From a virus: DNA of 64,000 nt. Of the stretch, positions 63,027 through 64,000 are shown one piece after another. The notes beneath the pieces were generated by a model. That model was not told the origin of the DNA and searched no databases. It worked only from the letters and a program-made list of their open reading frames with translations. The translations under genes and the position numbers were made by a program. The stretch is taken from positions 1,036 to 65,035 of the IMG/VR virus record IMGVR_UViG_3300045988_067813; one strand, written 5' to 3'. How positions within the stretch are numbered: position 1 is the stretch's first letter; each line of letters opens with the position of its first letter.

Positions 63027-63064
63027 TGTGTTTGGATAGTGTTAAGCCACTTCACCATACGCAC
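63027..63064 (-). pseudogene. 5' half of a split tRNA (acceptor 5' strand, D arm, anticodon-stem 5' strand)
   Basis: Minus strand: gtgcgta tg gtga agtggctta acac t atcca aacaca. It closely resembles the 5' part of the tRNA-Cys. Confidence 0.75.
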
Positions 63065-63096
63065 AAAACCTACAGAGGAAAGGATAACTCTGTAGG
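63065..63096 (-). terminator. rho-independent terminator after the resolvase gene
   Basis: Minus strand reads cctacagag-ttatcctttc-ctctgtagg (perfect 9 bp), then tttt. It abuts the tRNA 5' half. Confidence 0.7.
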
Positions 63097-63195
63097 AAAA
63101 ACTGAAAGGAGGCTTGACGATTTTCGCCAAGTGAAATATTCCACTACATTATCGCCAAATGTAGGGACGGAACTATAATCTCGTTATCTAGTATA

Positions 63196-63654
63196 TCACA
63201 CAGAAACAAACTTGTCAAGTGTGAACAGTCCAATGAGAATCGCTTCTGCTTCATCATCATTCTTGACTTTGTATCCTAGGCTTGTGCACAGAGCTATAGC
63301 CTTTCGTTTGGCATCCTCTCGTTTGCCATTGAGTGAGAATTGCTTTCTCCACACAGTAGGTGATACAAATTCCACAAGGGTATTATTAAGTTCTCTAAGA
63401 ACCATTCCTTGCACAATCGCTAACATCACAAGTGTTTTCTGATTTGAGATAACTTTAAGCTCTTCAATCACTACTTTGTCGAACTTTCCGTACTTCTCAC
63501 AGAGCAATCTCACAAATTCTGCCATGTATTGACCTCTCACCGTAAAGTCTTTATCCTGTGAGCTTATAGTACCATAATCAATCACAGAACCATTACTTAT
63601 CACACAGTAGCCAGAACTCTTTGTGGAAAGGTCAAGAGATAAAATCTTAACCAT
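63196..63654 (-). CDS. RuvC-like Holliday junction resolvase
   Basis: MVKILSLDLSTKSSGY (first catalytic Asp), VVIEELK, and DDEAEAILIG (terminal Asp pair). The first ATG is at 63654; the track start at 63672 is a GTG inside the promoter. Confidence 0.75.
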   Translation of the reverse strand: MVKILSLDLSTKSSGYCVISNGSVIDYGTISSQDKDFTVRGQYMAEFVRLLCEKYGKFDKVVIEELKVISNQKTLVMLAIVQGMVLRELNNTLVEFVSPTVWRKQFSLNGKREDAKRKAIALCTSLGYKVKNDDEAEAILIGLFTLDKFVSV

Positions 63655-63660
63655 GAGTAA

Positions 63661-63689
63661 ATTATAACACACACAGAAGAGATTGTCAA
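63661..63689 (-). promoter_or_regulatory. consensus promoter of the leftward (late-strand) operon, CTGTGTGTG-spacer class
   Basis: Minus strand reads TTGACA (63689-63684), 17 nt (atctcttctgtgtgtgt), TATAAT (63666-63661). Only 6 nt (ttactc) separate the -10 from the ATG at 63654. Confidence 0.6.
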
Positions 63690-63722
63690 GAGGTAATTAT
63701 ATACCCAACTGTGCGGAGCTTG

Positions 63723-63774
63723 TATCGTCCCCAAAAAATGTTTGCAACTTGATTGCGGACATTTTGCTTGGTCT
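63723..63774 (-). promoter_or_regulatory. conserved 52-nt hairpin element (cassette copy B)
   Basis: This is the reverse complement of 8013-8064, with 5 substitutions. Four of them form two compensatory pairs in the stem. Confidence 0.7.
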
Positions 63775-63780
63775 ATCAGA

Positions 63781-64000
63781 GTGCTATTATGTATCTTTTT
63801 ATTGCCTATACAAGAATATTATTCTAGTATTATATATATACTCTAGTATATAGTATTATAAAGAAAACTTATACTTCCACCAAAAAGATACATAGTCTCC
63901 TAAAATTACCTCGGATAATTTGGAATAGAGCACATATACTATATACAAGAATAATTATATATAATATAGCTAACTTATACTTCCACCAAAAAGATACATA
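63781..64000 (-). repeat. regulatory cassette copy B: two direct repeat units (inverted relative to copy A)
   Basis: aacttatacttccaccaaaaagatacata at 63972-64000, and ataaagaaaacttatacttccaccaaaaagatacata at 63858-63894. These are reverse complements of the 7791 and 7908 units. The cassette runs off the window end. Confidence 0.85.

Noticed and set aside
62239-63032. Group I (or other self-splicing) intron interpretation of the insert in the split tRNA.
   Set aside because: The ~790 nt are almost fully occupied by the HNH ORF and a complete tRNA-Cys, which leaves no room for a P3-P9 catalytic core. The 5' exon ends in A-rich sequence, with no U at a plausible splice site inside a 7-nt loop. 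No combination of flanking bases yields a loop with U33 and a purine at position 37. The agatatag similarity to the S element near 62990 is more simply the HNH RBS region.
1-64000. Searches by eye for CRISPR arrays, a diversity-generating retroelement (template/variable repeats plus reverse transcriptase), an integrase/attP site, a toxin-antitoxin pair, or a known defence/anti-defence operon.
   Set aside because: There are no regularly spaced repeat-spacer units, no RT or integrase motifs in any ORF, and no recognisable paired toxin-antitoxin architecture. The fibre repeats are protein-module reiterations, not a template/variable repeat pair.

Overview
AT-rich 64-kb stretch of a tailed dsDNA phage genome. 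No integrase, repressor/Cro switch, CRISPR array or reverse transcriptase is visible, so the phage is probably virulent. A LytA-type amidase with choline-binding repeats (37583-38551) points to a Streptococcus pneumoniae/mitis-group host.

Layout:
- 1-815: ORF-free leader with short direct repeats and two extended -10 promoters.
- 816-24683, + strand: early and DNA-metabolism block. It holds many small ORFs, two tandem arrays of small paralogs, a metallopeptidase-like gene, a winged-helix initiator-like gene, a primase-helicase, family A DNA polymerase, PD-(D/E)XK nuclease, DHFR, dUTPase, a Sak4-like ATPase and an acidic-tail protein.
- ~24.7 kb: convergent bidirectional terminator.
- 63654 down to 24710, - strand: late block. 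In transcription order: RuvC-like resolvase, a tRNA region with an HNH endonuclease, MuF-like protein, large terminase, portal, scaffold, capsid, connectors, tail tube candidate, 1596-aa tape measure, Dit/Tal-like proteins, two tail-associated peptidoglycan hydrolases, holin-like protein plus LytA-like endolysin, then a 13-kb cluster of about a dozen fibre/receptor-binding genes.

Most interesting leads:
1. A tRNA gene split exactly at its anticodon loop by 782-794 bp that carries the HNH endonuclease ORF and an intact tRNA-Cys.
2. A ~330-bp regulatory cassette present twice in inverted orientation, heading the replication operon and the late operon. It contains internal direct repeats, a hairpin with two compensatory base-pair changes, and a shared CTGTGTGTG-spacer promoter type.
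3. Eleven small proteins in two distant tandem arrays that all end in the same aromatic C-terminal tail, G-F-Y-[VI].
4. A multi-gene receptor-binding locus whose members share a strictly spaced cysteine-patterned N-terminal module, shuffled repeat modules and duplicated C-terminal domains. The lysis genes sit inside the tail/fibre genes.

All protein family calls rest on motif recognition by eye, not on database searches.
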